Assembly (NCBI GenBank): GCA_963737265.1
Contig: CAVTRY010000011.1
Coordinates: 832,001-896,000, forward strand
DNA length: 64,000 bases
Source: an uncultured delta proteobacterium
GTDB lineage: Bacteria > Myxococcota_A > Polyangia > Fen-1088
Direction: 5' to 3'
This document shows positions 32,636 to 42,539 of the stretch, piece by piece. A program made the translations under genes and the position numbers. Numbering within the stretch: position 1 is the first letter of the stretch; every line of letters begins with the position of its first letter. Under the pieces are notes generated by a model. The model did not search any database and was not told the DNA's origin. It was given only the letters and a program-made list of their open reading frames with translations.

Positions 32636-33678
32636 GTGACCGCGATCTGCCGCCAAGCAAGGATGTCGTTCCCGAGGCGCGGCTGCGCGCGGGCGCGACG
32701 AAAAACGAAAAGGCTCCCGAGGAAATGGATCGGCGTGCGCTCTTGCGCGTGGGCATGACCACGGCCATCGCGGGGGGTGCCGTGGCGCTCGGCCTGACCC
32801 TGCGGGCGCGCGACGGTCACGAGAAAAACAGGGTTCTTCCCAAGCTCAGAGATCACCGCATCGCCAAGATTCAAGGTGCCGTGGAAATGGCCATCGCACG
32901 CGGTTCGGATCCCACGCAAAACGTCCGGCGCGCCGTCGAGGCCATGGGCGGCATGGGCCGCTTCGTGCAGCGCGGCGAACGGGTGGTCGTCAAACCCAAC
33001 ATCGGATGGAATCGCCTGCCCGAGCAGGCCGCCAACACCAATCCCGATGTTGTGGCCGAGGTGGTCCGGTTGGTGGCGGCCGCTGGCGCGTCGAAGATTT
33101 GGGTTACCGATGCCTCGGTGAACACGGCCGAGCAGTGCTTCGCTCGGTCTGGCATCGAGAAGGCCGCCAAGGCCGCGGGCGCCACGGTCGTGCGGCCCGA
33201 CACCACCGCGTTTCGCGAGGTCGACGTCTCGGGCAAATTGCTTCGCGTCGCCGATATCCTGTTTCCCTTCGTCGAGGCCGACCGCGTGATCAACGTGCCG
33301 GTCGTCAAGCAGCACGGGCTTTCGGGCGCCACCATGGCGATGAAGAACTGGTACGGCATGCTGGGCGGACAGCGCGTGAAGCTGCACCAAAACATCCATC
33401 TCTCCATCGTCGACCTGGCGAGCATGATCAAACCCACGCTCACCATCATGGATGCCACGCGCATTTTGCTCGCCAACGGTCCGACCGGCGGCAGCCTCTC
33501 CGATGTGAAAATGATGAACACCATCGCCGTCAGCAGCGACGAAGTCGCGCTCGACGCCTTCGGCGCCAGCCTACTGGGACTTTCGCCCAGCGACCTCGGC
33601 TTTATCGTCGAGGGCGCGAAGGCGGGCCTTGGCACGCCCGTTTGGAAGAACCTCAAGACCGAAGAATTGGGAGGATAG
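32632..33678 (+). CDS. DUF362-family protein with Tat signal
   Basis: MDRRALL twin-arginine; VVVKPNIGW, NTNPDVV, INVPVVKQH...MAMKNWYG. Confidence 0.87.
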   Translation: MSDRDLPPSKDVVPEARLRAGATKNEKAPEEMDRRALLRVGMTTAIAGGAVALGLTLRARDGHEKNRVLPKLRDHRIAKIQGAVEMAIARGSDPTQNVRRAVEAMGGMGRFVQRGERVVVKPNIGWNRLPEQAANTNPDVVAEVVRLVAAAGASKIWVTDASVNTAEQCFARSGIEKAAKAAGATVVRPDTTAFREVDVSGKLLRVADILFPFVEADRVINVPVVKQHGLSGATMAMKNWYGMLGGQRVKLHQNIHLSIVDLASMIKPTLTIMDATRILLANGPTGGSLSDVKMMNTIAVSSDEVALDAFGASLLGLSPSDLGFIVEGAKAGLGTPVWKNLKTEELGG

Positions 33679-33680
33679 GC

Positions 33681-35189
33681 ATGTTTCTGTGGTTGCGCCG
33701 CTCCTACCAAGTCGTTTTTCTCGGTTTTTTTCTGTTCCTGATTTTCGCCGCCACCTCGCTCTACATCCGCGGCTACGACGTTCAGTGGTTCCTCGAGCTC
33801 GATCCACTGGTCGCGCTCACCACCGCGCTTTCATCCCACGTTCTTCACCACGCGTTGTGCTGGTCGCTGCCGCTCATCGTTCTCACGCTGGTTTTTGGGC
33901 GCTTCTTTTGTAGCTGGATGTGTCCCATGGGCGTGCTCCATCACGTCCTTGGCTACCTCGGTCGCAAGCGCAAGGTCCTTGATCGCGTAAAGCAGAACAA
34001 CCCGAGACCTTCGCGCAAGGTCAAATACGCCATACTTGCCGTCATGCTCGGGCTGGCGGCCGCTGGCAGCACGCAGATCGGGCTGCTCGACCCCATCGCG
34101 TCTACCTGGCGCGGTCTTTCCGTTTCGGTGCTGCCCGCGGCCAGCAATACCGCCTTCGGGCTTTACCAGGGCGAGCGCCACTTCCAGTGGGGCACGTTCG
34201 TCGCCATCGTATTCTTCGGCGCGCTGGCGCTGAATTTCGTCTATCCGCGCTTCTACTGCCGCGTTCTGTGCCCACTCGGCGCCTTCCTCGGCGTTCTGTC
34301 GAAATTCTCGCTCTTCCGCATCAGCAAGGATCCCAAGATCTGCAACGAATGCGAGGTGTGCGGGGCCGACTGCCAAGGGGCCGCCGATCCGCAGGGCACC
34401 GTGATGGCGACCGAGTGCATGGTCTGCCTCAACTGCACCAAGGGCTGCAAACGCGGTGGCCTCGCCTATCGCTTCTTGCCTCCGGTCACGCTGTCCACGA
34501 CCGAAACCGATCTCTCGCGGCGCAAGTGGCTTGGCGCCGGCGTGGCTGGCATGGCAGCGGTTCCGCTCATGCGCGCATCGGACGGTGTGGATCCGCGCCC
34601 CAACCCGGCCCGCATTCGCCCGCCCGGCGCGCTCGACGAGCCCGATTTCCTCGCCAAATGTCTCAAGTGCGACGCCTGCATGAAGGTCTGCCCTACCAGC
34701 GCTTTGCAGCCGGCGCTTCACGAGGCCGGCCTCGAAGGCTTCTGGTCCCCAATTCTTGTCGCGCGCCTGGGCTACTGCGAACACAGCTGCACCCTGTGCG
34801 GCCAAGTTTGCCCCACCGGCGCTATCAAACATCTGACGGTCGCGGAAAAGGTGGGCGACATGCCGGCCAAGCCGCCGGTGCGCATCGGCTCCGCTTGCTT
34901 CGACAAGGGACGCTGCCTGCCTTGGGGATACGAGACCGAATGCATCGTGTGCGAAGAGGTCTGCCCCACCTCGCCCAAGGCCATCTACTTCAAAGTCGAA
35001 ACCATCACGGCGCGCGACGGCAGCCAGAAGACCCTGAAATTTCCTCACGTCGACCTCGACCATTGCACCGGATGCGGCACGTGTGAAAATCGCTGTCCAG
35101 TCGTGGATCGCGCCGGCGTACGCGTCAGCGCGGCCAACGAAAGCCGCACATCCAAGAGCAGCATGTCCCTGACCGGCGGCAAGATTTAG
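33681..35189 (+). CDS. Membrane polyferredoxin (NapH/MauN-NapG/MauM fusion) with internal twin-arginine motif
   Basis: FCSWMCP, YCRVLCP, about six 4Fe-4S Cys motifs, LSRRKWL before the last TM, IRPPGA; start ATG 33681. Confidence 0.88.
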   Translation: MFLWLRRSYQVVFLGFFLFLIFAATSLYIRGYDVQWFLELDPLVALTTALSSHVLHHALCWSLPLIVLTLVFGRFFCSWMCPMGVLHHVLGYLGRKRKVLDRVKQNNPRPSRKVKYAILAVMLGLAAAGSTQIGLLDPIASTWRGLSVSVLPAASNTAFGLYQGERHFQWGTFVAIVFFGALALNFVYPRFYCRVLCPLGAFLGVLSKFSLFRISKDPKICNECEVCGADCQGAADPQGTVMATECMVCLNCTKGCKRGGLAYRFLPPVTLSTTETDLSRRKWLGAGVAGMAAVPLMRASDGVDPRPNPARIRPPGALDEPDFLAKCLKCDACMKVCPTSALQPALHEAGLEGFWSPILVARLGYCEHSCTLCGQVCPTGAIKHLTVAEKVGDMPAKPPVRIGSACFDKGRCLPWGYETECIVCEEVCPTSPKAIYFKVETITARDGSQKTLKFPHVDLDHCTGCGTCENRCPVVDRAGVRVSAANESRTSKSSMSLTGGKI

Positions 35190-35216
35190 ATTGCCAGAAG
35201 GCCCGACGCCTTCGTG

Positions 35217-35453
35217 CTACCGTTTCGTGTGGCTACCGTCGCAAAACGGCTTGTTGCGCGACTGCTTGCAGCCGCACAGAACCGCTTGACCAATGTCGGT
35301 CTGGGCGATCTTGACGGGAGAAAAAAGCGTCCCCCGATGGGAGCCATCGCAGAAGGGCTGGCGCGCCGATCGGCCGCAAGCACACCAATAGTAGTCCCCG
35401 CGTTCCAGCTTGACGACGTAGGGTTGCTTTCGCGCACCGACCGGGTCACTCAT
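35217..35453 (-). CDS. Two-CDGSH iron-sulfur protein (MiNT-like)
   Basis: WCACGRSARQPFCDGSH and LCGCKQSRNKPFCDGSH. Confidence 0.9.
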   Translation of the reverse strand: MSDPVGARKQPYVVKLERGDYYWCACGRSARQPFCDGSHRGTLFSPVKIAQTDIGQAVLCGCKQSRNKPFCDGSHTKR

Positions 35454-35553
35454 CGCAACAGCTCCCGTCGAGTATGGCAGGTCGCCTACCGAGAACAACT
35501 CGAATTGGTCGACGACATCGCATTCACGATGTAGATTCCAGGGCAAGCGGGAC

Positions 35554-36720
35554 ATGGGCTGCTACGTAACAGTTCGAACCGACATCGGCGTCCTCGCGCT
35601 GGGTTTCAGCGAGCGCGGTCTCTCTCGGGTGCTGCTGCCCAGTGCACACTGGACCGATCTCAAGCCAGCCGACCTTGCCGCCGCCGGATTCAAGACCGAG
35701 ACGCAAGCACCGCCCGAAATTGCCGCCTTGGCTCGGGGACTCCAGGCGCACCTTGCGGGCGATGTTCGGGACTTCTCGAAGGCGCCGCTCGACACCGGCG
35801 GTATTTCCCCATTCCTGTTGCAAGTGCAGCGCGCTGCCCAGGCGATTCCGCCGGGACAGACGCAAACCTACGGTGAGCTCGCGTCCTCGGCTGGTGTGCC
35901 AAGCGCCGTCCGCGCCGCGGGCCGTGCCATGTCCGCCAATCGATTTCCCATCATCGTTCCCTGCCACCGCGTGGTCGCCCGCTCAGGTTTTGGCGAATAT
36001 TCGGCGGCCAGCGGCGTGCACACCAAGCTGCGTCTCCTCTGGCGCGAGGGCTACCGCGGCCGAACGTCGAACGTTTCCTTCGACGAACGCAAAGCCATCG
36101 CGCACTTGCGGGCCGCCGACCCGCGCCTCGCCGATTTGATCGACCGCGCCGGCCCGTTCACCATGCAGGCCACGTCGCCGCGTCCGCGCGGTGGCGCGCA
36201 GCCTTTCTCGGTCCTGGCCAGCGCCATCATCGCACAGCAGCTTTCAGGCAAGGCGGCTGCGACGATTCACAGCCGCGTGGCCGCGTTGCTAGGCAGCGAT
36301 CGCGTCGACGATGCCCAGGCCGTGCTCGCTTTCCCAAAGGCAAAGCTGCGCCAAGCTGGTCTTTCGGAGAACAAGGCGCTGTCGCTGCTGGAGCTCGCCC
36401 GCCACGCGACCTCGGGAGCCCTGCCAACCCGCGCCGCCATGGAAAAGCTGTCCGACGATGACATCATCGAACGCCTCACCCAAGTCCGCGGTATCGGTCG
36501 CTGGAGCGCACAGATGTTGCTGATGTTCTACCTTGGCCGCCCCGACGTTCTGCCGGTGTCGGATCTCGGCGTTCAGAAAGGCCTTGCTGCCGCCTATCGC
36601 AGCCGCTCGCTGCCAAGCGAAAAGACATTACTGCGAGCAGCGCGCGCCTGGTCACCGTACGCGACGGTCGCCAGTTGGTATCTGTGGCGAGCGGTCGAGC
36701 TCGCGGCCTACTCCGCCTAG
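35554..36720 (+). CDS. Fusion of O6-alkylguanine DNA alkyltransferase (Ogt) and AlkA-type 3-methyladenine glycosylase
   Basis: IVPCHRVV active site; IIAQQLSGKAA, HhH LTQVRGIGRWSA...DVLPVSDLGV, WSPY..ASWYLW. Confidence 0.88.
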   Translation: MGCYVTVRTDIGVLALGFSERGLSRVLLPSAHWTDLKPADLAAAGFKTETQAPPEIAALARGLQAHLAGDVRDFSKAPLDTGGISPFLLQVQRAAQAIPPGQTQTYGELASSAGVPSAVRAAGRAMSANRFPIIVPCHRVVARSGFGEYSAASGVHTKLRLLWREGYRGRTSNVSFDERKAIAHLRAADPRLADLIDRAGPFTMQATSPRPRGGAQPFSVLASAIIAQQLSGKAAATIHSRVAALLGSDRVDDAQAVLAFPKAKLRQAGLSENKALSLLELARHATSGALPTRAAMEKLSDDDIIERLTQVRGIGRWSAQMLLMFYLGRPDVLPVSDLGVQKGLAAAYRSRSLPSEKTLLRAARAWSPYATVASWYLWRAVELAAYSA

Positions 36721-36974
36721 CGGGGAGATAGGGTGCATGGGCGGAAAGTCGGGGTTGTCGTGACGAAGCTCGATTTGTGGAACGCCCAAGACGATGTCCG
36801 GTCGGCGAAACTTCGTCGAGCGCTCGCTGCCGCTTTCGTTGTAGACAATCCCGATGTCTGGTCGCAACGATCCGTGCCCCCACGAGAACCAGGAAGAGCC
36901 CGGCCGGCGATTCGACTTCAGCGGCATCCGGCGCGATCTCGGTCTCGGGTAGGCGGCCCTAAGGCGGCTCTGGT

Positions 36975-38552
36975 CTAGAGGTTCTCGATCTTCTTGAAGC
37001 GCGGGACCAACATCTTCATCACCGACCAGGCGACGACGTACGCGAGCGCGCAAACCCCGAACATAATGGCATACGACGTTGTCATCTCGGACAGAACCAA
37101 TCGCGTTTCTAGCAACTTGAGTTGGACGAATGCGTCGGCGTTGATCGACTGCAGCTGAAAGACGACTTCCTTGGGGAGGCTGCCGAGCTCGGCCTTGTTC
37201 AGATCGATCACGCTGCCGTGCTTGTTGATCAGGTGCAAAGAGAGAATCTGGTCGAGGTACGCGCCGAGCGTGCCGGTTTTCGCCTCGGCCCAGGTCTTGG
37301 CAATGCCGGCCTGCCGATAGGCATCGAAGAGCCAGCCACCCGACTTGTTGATAAGAATGCCGCCCAGGCCGCCAAACATCCCGCCGATACCGGTGACCGA
37401 AGCCACGGATCTCTTCGGGAACATGTCCGAAACCGTGGTGAACAGGTTGGCCGACCAGGCTTGGTGCGCGGATGCGCCGATGCCGATGAGCAGCACCGGC
37501 ACCCAATAGCTGTGGCCGCCGAGGGGCTGGGCCAGCAACACCACGAGAGGAAACAGGGCGATCACGAACATCGCCCGCACGCGTCCCGCGTACGGCTCAT
37601 AGCCACGGTTGATGAAGAACATGGGAAACCAGCCGCCGCCGATGCTTCCGACGCAGGTCATGGTGTAAAGCACGGCGATGGGCAAGGCGATCTGCGTCCC
37701 CGTCATCGCATACTGCGCCTTGAGATAAGCCGGCAGCCAGAAGAGGAAGAACCACCACACGCCGTCGGTCATGAACTTGCCGAAGGCAAAAGACCACGTC
37801 TGGCGAAACGTCAATAGCTTGCCCCATTCGACATACCAGGGGATCTCAGGCTGATTGGAGGAGGCGGCTGCTGCCTTTGCGTCGGCGGCTTTCGCGTCGG
37901 CGGCCTGCTCGTCCGCGTCGCTGTGAATGTAGTCAAACTCCGCTTTGCCCAGTCGTTTCTGCTTCGCCGGGGCGGCGTAGAGCCAGAACCAGAAGATCAG
38001 CCACAGAAAACCAACGCCGCCCACGACGACGAACGCACCCTGCCAGCCAAAGTGTTTCGCAATCCCGGGCACCGTGAGCGGTGCCAAGATCGCCCCCACG
38101 TTGGTGCCGGAGTTGAAGATCCCCGTCGCGAGCGAGCGTTCGCGCTTGGGAAACCATTCGGCGGTTGTCTTGATCGCCGAGGGAAAGTTCCCCGACTCGC
38201 CGAACCCAAGCACCGCCCGGGCGAACATGAACCCGCCGGTCCCCTTGGAGAATGCGTGCAAGACCGCGCCGACCGACCAGATGACCAGCGCCCAAGCATA
38301 CCCCGCCTTGGTGCCGAGCCAATCGATGATGCGACCTGCGAACAGCATGGAAATCGCATACACGAACTGAAACACCATGACGATGTTGGCGTAGTCGGTG
38401 TCGCTCCAGTTGAATTCGATCTCAAGGTCGGCCTTGAGCAGGCTGAGAACCTGCCGGTCGAGGTAGTTGACGGTCGTGGCAAAGAAGAGCAACGCACAGA
38501 TCGTCCACCTGTACTTCCCGAGCTTCTCATTGATTCTTCTCAAATTTTCCAT
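36975..38552 (-). CDS. exuT: MFS hexuronate transporter (ExuT-like)
   Basis: NYLDRQVLS, ESGNFP..IK..AEWFPKRER..ATGIFNSG, AHQAWSANLFT. Confidence 0.85.
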   Translation of the reverse strand: MENLRRINEKLGKYRWTICALLFFATTVNYLDRQVLSLLKADLEIEFNWSDTDYANIVMVFQFVYAISMLFAGRIIDWLGTKAGYAWALVIWSVGAVLHAFSKGTGGFMFARAVLGFGESGNFPSAIKTTAEWFPKRERSLATGIFNSGTNVGAILAPLTVPGIAKHFGWQGAFVVVGGVGFLWLIFWFWLYAAPAKQKRLGKAEFDYIHSDADEQAADAKAADAKAAAASSNQPEIPWYVEWGKLLTFRQTWSFAFGKFMTDGVWWFFLFWLPAYLKAQYAMTGTQIALPIAVLYTMTCVGSIGGGWFPMFFINRGYEPYAGRVRAMFVIALFPLVVLLAQPLGGHSYWVPVLLIGIGASAHQAWSANLFTTVSDMFPKRSVASVTGIGGMFGGLGGILINKSGGWLFDAYRQAGIAKTWAEAKTGTLGAYLDQILSLHLINKHGSVIDLNKAELGSLPKEVVFQLQSINADAFVQLKLLETRLVLSEMTTSYAIMFGVCALAYVVAWSVMKMLVPRFKKIENL

Positions 38553-38687
38553 GGGCATTGACCGGGGTGTGAAGGAGAAGACCAAAGGCGACCAGGTGGC
38601 GACGACTGTGCTTGTTCACTACCAGGGGATTGTGCTGGGCAAAGGGGCCAGCATCGGCCGATTCGAGGTCATGGCCCGTCGGCGACG

Positions 38688-39770
38688 TCAGCGCTGAATT
38701 CTCGCCGAGCCGCCCTTGGCGAATGCTTTCACCTGCTCCAGAGTGACCATGGTCGTGTCGCCCGGGGTTGTGGTCAGCAGCGCGCCGTGCGCCCACCCCA
38801 GCTTGAGCGCCTCTTCCGGCGCTTCGCCCGTTAGCAGCCCGTAGAAAAGGCCGCTGGCGAAGCCGTCGCCACCGCCCACCCGATCATGGACATCGAGGTC
38901 GCAGGTCGGCGAGGTGTATGTCTTTCCATTCATCCACGCCACCGCGCCCCAGCTGTGGCGATTGGTCGAGTGAACTTCACGCAGGGTCGTCACCACGACC
39001 TTCACCTGAGGATACTTCGTCGTCACTTTGTCGATCATCGAGAAAAACGCGCTCGAATCGAGCTTGGACTTCTTCTCGACGTCCTGACCGGAAATTCCCA
39101 GGCCTTTTTGCAAATCCTCCTCGTTGCCCACGAGCACGTCGGCGTTGGCCACGATGCGCGAAACAACCTCGACGGCCTTTTGCTGGCCACCCCAGATGTT
39201 CCACAGCTTCTCGCGAAAGTTGAGGTCGAAGCTGCAGATGGCGCCCGCTTGTTTGGCGGCCTTCATGCCTTCGATGATGGTCTCGCCAGTCGTCTCGGAC
39301 AGCGAGGCGAAGATGCCGCCGCTGTGAAACCACCGGATGCCGTTCTTGAAAATCGCCGCCCAGTCGAAGTCGCCCGGCTTGAGCTGCGCGGCCGCCTCGT
39401 TGCTGCGGTTGTAGAACACCACCGGCGCCCGCACGCCCAAACCGCGATCGCTGTAGACCGTCGCCATGTTGGGACCGTTGACGCCGTTGTGCTTGAAGCG
39501 CTTGTAGAATGGGGTGACGCCCATGGCACGAACCCGCTCGTGGATGAGGTCGCCGATGGGATAGTCGACCATCGCCGTCGCGATGCCCGTGCTCAGGCGA
39601 AAACAGTCGGCCAGGTTCGCAGCGGCGTTGAACTCACCGCCGCTGACGTGGATCTGGCAGCTATTCGCCTTGCGCCAGGGAACGATGCCGGGATCCAGCC
39701 GGTTCACGAGGGCGCCAATGGAAAGAAAATCGAGGCCACCTGCTGGACGAATGGTCAATCCGCTGCTCAT
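38688..39770 (-). CDS. PfkB-family sugar-acid kinase (KdgK-like; possibly gluconate kinase)
   Basis: GGEFN, FDLNFREKLW, DRVGGGDGFASG. Confidence 0.85.
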   Translation of the reverse strand: MSSGLTIRPAGGLDFLSIGALVNRLDPGIVPWRKANSCQIHVSGGEFNAAANLADCFRLSTGIATAMVDYPIGDLIHERVRAMGVTPFYKRFKHNGVNGPNMATVYSDRGLGVRAPVVFYNRSNEAAAQLKPGDFDWAAIFKNGIRWFHSGGIFASLSETTGETIIEGMKAAKQAGAICSFDLNFREKLWNIWGGQQKAVEVVSRIVANADVLVGNEEDLQKGLGISGQDVEKKSKLDSSAFFSMIDKVTTKYPQVKVVVTTLREVHSTNRHSWGAVAWMNGKTYTSPTCDLDVHDRVGGGDGFASGLFYGLLTGEAPEEALKLGWAHGALLTTTPGDTTMVTLEQVKAFAKGGSARIQR

Positions 39771-39804
39771 GTCGTTCGCTCCTTACAAATCGCTGTTGGT
39801 CGAT

Positions 39805-41079
39805 CTAAACGGGGCCCGCGCTGGCCCCATCCTTCAGTCGATACAAAACCTGTCCGGCTTCCTCGACGACGAGGGTCTCGTCATCCTCTTTCCAGCGTTC
39901 GATGTCGATCGCCTTCACCTCGCGGTAGGCGAGATTGATGCTTTCGCAAGTTTCCTTGGGGATGCTGGTGGCCAGGGTCACCGTGATGCGCGGGCGTTCG
40001 ATGCCGCCGTCGAACCCGCCGATGCCTTTGACGTTGGTGGAATGGGCCAAAATCAGCTTGGATTCGTGGGCAAAGCGATCCCACTGCTTCACGAAGTAGT
40101 CGCGCACGTGGTAGCCGACGCGCGCAATGTCCTTGCCGTGCATGAACGAGATGGCTTTGACATGCGGCCCGTGGATGATGAGCTCGCCGCCATCGGCCAC
40201 GACCGGTTCGAGCTTGTACATCGCCTTGCCCGCGACCCATACCTCCTCGTAAATCGGCGGCGTCAGCCCGAGCACGCGCTTGACCGGCTTGTCGAGATAC
40301 TTGATATGCAGCCGCGAAGAATAGTCGGCCGCCCGCGACCACGCTTCTTCGGGCGTGCCGGCGAACAGACAAGCCAATTGATGGTGGTCGTCCACGACGA
40401 AGGCGAAACAGGTTCGCGGCGTCTTGAGAAACTGGACGACACGATCGATCACCCGGCGGGTCGGCGTGTCCTTCACGCCGTTGACCACCGGGTTGGTGAT
40501 CACCGCCGCTAGCCAGTGAAACTTCTCGACCACATCGAGACCCGCGATGCCGGGGAAGAAATATTTGTTGCCGCCGGCGAAGCCCATCGCTTCGTGAGGT
40601 ACCACGGGTGAGACGATGAGGATGTGATCGTGCTCGGTCGCCTTGCGGTTGATGGTAACGGGGATGTCCTGCGAAAACAGGCCTTGGGTAAGCTGCGCCA
40701 CTTCCTCGCCCGGCAGCGTTCCCAGCGAAACAAGCTCGTCGAGCTTCTGGTGTTCGTGGTTGAAGAAGCGCACCTTGGGATACTTCTGCGCGTGCTCGGA
40801 CGCCGTGAGGCCGGTGTGGCGATAGAGCCGCTCCGGCTCCATCGCCGCATGCGTTCCCGTCGCCACCATGTAATCGAGCGCGGCCACGCGCGGCGCAAGG
40901 AGATCGCTGAGGACGTGAAAGAAGAGGTCGATGGGCGCATGCCGCGTGTGATCGGGAATGAGCACGAGAACCCGTTTCCCGTCGAGCGGCAGATCGGTAA
41001 CTGCTGCCTCGCAGATGTCTTTCACATCCTTCGGCGCAAGCCGCTTCTCCATCGATCCGTGACCGTACAACTTCGTCAT
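39805..41079 (-). CDS. LarA-family (nickel-pincer) 2-hydroxy-acid racemase/epimerase, candidate mannonate/gluconate 2-epimerase
   Basis: PDHTR, ATGTH, PHEAMGFAGGNKYFFPG (LarA PHxxxGFxGGxK motif), GKAMYK. Confidence 0.82.
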   Translation of the reverse strand: MTKLYGHGSMEKRLAPKDVKDICEAAVTDLPLDGKRVLVLIPDHTRHAPIDLFFHVLSDLLAPRVAALDYMVATGTHAAMEPERLYRHTGLTASEHAQKYPKVRFFNHEHQKLDELVSLGTLPGEEVAQLTQGLFSQDIPVTINRKATEHDHILIVSPVVPHEAMGFAGGNKYFFPGIAGLDVVEKFHWLAAVITNPVVNGVKDTPTRRVIDRVVQFLKTPRTCFAFVVDDHHQLACLFAGTPEEAWSRAADYSSRLHIKYLDKPVKRVLGLTPPIYEEVWVAGKAMYKLEPVVADGGELIIHGPHVKAISFMHGKDIARVGYHVRDYFVKQWDRFAHESKLILAHSTNVKGIGGFDGGIERPRITVTLATSIPKETCESINLAYREVKAIDIERWKEDDETLVVEEAGQVLYRLKDGASAGPV

Positions 41080-41115
41080 ACCTCAGCCCCTCCCGTCAGA
41101 CGCCAACAGCAAAAA

Positions 41116-42531
41116 CTAGGCGGTCCATTGCGTGTGGAACTTGCCTTCCCTATCGACCCGTTGATAGGTGTGCGCGCCAAAGTAGTCCCGCTGGGCTTGC
41201 AAAAGATTCGCTGGAAGCACCGCCGAGCGGTAGCCGTCGTAGTACGACAGGGCGCTCATGAACGCGGGAACCGCGATTCCGTTTTCGGCCGCCAGGGCGA
41301 CCACCTTGCGCCAGTCCTGGTGGTAGGCCGTCATGACCCCGGTAAAATAGGGATCGAGGAGTAGATTCGCAAGCCCCGGATCGCGGCCGTAGGCTTCCTT
41401 GATTCGCCCTAGAAATTGCGCCCGGATAATGCATCCAGCGCGCCACAGCGACGAGATGGTGCCGAACTGAAGATTCCAGTGGTGCTCTTGATCCGCGGTG
41501 CGCAGCAGCTGAAACCCCTGCGCATAGGAGCAGATCTTCGAGCTAAACAGTGCCTTTCGGATCATCTCGACGAATTCCGATTTGTTTCCGGTGAAGGTCG
41601 GCTTCGGCCCGCCAAGCACGGTGGACGCGGCCACGCGCTCCTTCTTGACCGCGCTGAGGGTGCGCGCAAATACCGCGTCGGCGATGGTGGGTGCCGGCAC
41701 GCCCAAATCCAAGGAGACCTGGCTGGTCCACTTGCCGGTGCCCTTTTGCTCGGCCGTGTCTAAGATGACGTCGACCATCGGTTCGTTGGTTTCGGGATCC
41801 TTCTTGGCCAAAATCTCGGCGGTGATCGACACCAGGTAGCTGCTTAGCTCGCCCTTGTTCCAATCGGCGAACACCTGGCTCATTTCCTCCGCCGACAGTC
41901 CCAGAAGCCGCTGCATGAGGAAGAATGCCTCGCAGATCACCTGCATGTCGGCGTACTCGATGCCATTGTGAACCATCTTGACGAAATGGCCGGCACCGCC
42001 GCTGCCGATCCACTCACAACAAGGCGCACCGTCGTCCGCCTTGGCCGCGATGGCCTGCAAGATCGGCTTGACCAGGGGCCACGCCTCGGGATTGCCGCCG
42101 GGCATGATGGAAGGGCCGTGCAAGGCGCCCTCTTCGCCACCGCTGACACCAGTGCCGATGAAATAGATTCCCGAGCCCTGCAGCTCTTTGATTCGGCGAT
42201 CGGTGTCGGAGAAGAGCGTGTTGCCACCGTCGATGAGAATGTCGCCCGCTTTCAGGCGCGGGCGCAGATCGGCGATGACCGCGTCGACGGCTTTCCCCGC
42301 CGGAACCATCATGAGCAAGCGGCGCGGAACTTCCAGGTTGTCGACGAACTCGGCCACCGTGCGCGCCGCCACGACCCTTTTCCCCTGGGTTCGCGCCACA
42401 AAATTGTCGACCTTCTTCGGGTCGACATCGAAACCGACGACGGAAAAGCCGCGGCTCTCGATATTGAGCGCGAGGTTCTCGCCCATCACGCCGAGACCCA
42501 CCATTCCGAAACTCTGTTTTGCCATGGTCAT
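41116..42531 (-). CDS. gndA: NADP-dependent 6-phosphogluconate dehydrogenase (decarboxylating)
   Basis: [35 protein letters not shown]. Confidence 0.95.
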   Translation of the reverse strand: MTMAKQSFGMVGLGVMGENLALNIESRGFSVVGFDVDPKKVDNFVARTQGKRVVAARTVAEFVDNLEVPRRLLMMVPAGKAVDAVIADLRPRLKAGDILIDGGNTLFSDTDRRIKELQGSGIYFIGTGVSGGEEGALHGPSIMPGGNPEAWPLVKPILQAIAAKADDGAPCCEWIGSGGAGHFVKMVHNGIEYADMQVICEAFFLMQRLLGLSAEEMSQVFADWNKGELSSYLVSITAEILAKKDPETNEPMVDVILDTAEQKGTGKWTSQVSLDLGVPAPTIADAVFARTLSAVKKERVAASTVLGGPKPTFTGNKSEFVEMIRKALFSSKICSYAQGFQLLRTADQEHHWNLQFGTISSLWRAGCIIRAQFLGRIKEAYGRDPGLANLLLDPYFTGVMTAYHQDWRKVVALAAENGIAVPAFMSALSYYDGYRSAVLPANLLQAQRDYFGAHTYQRVDREGKFHTQWTA

Positions 42532-42539
42532 TCTTCCTT

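Noticed and set aside
33006-33680. N-terminal 225 aa of the 727-aa ORF
   Set aside because: Overlaps the DUF362 gene in another frame; the real start is ATG 33681 after GGAGG.
36733-36978. 81-aa ORF after ogt-alkA
   Set aside because: A possible SD exists but there is no recognisable motif; not supportable as a gene.
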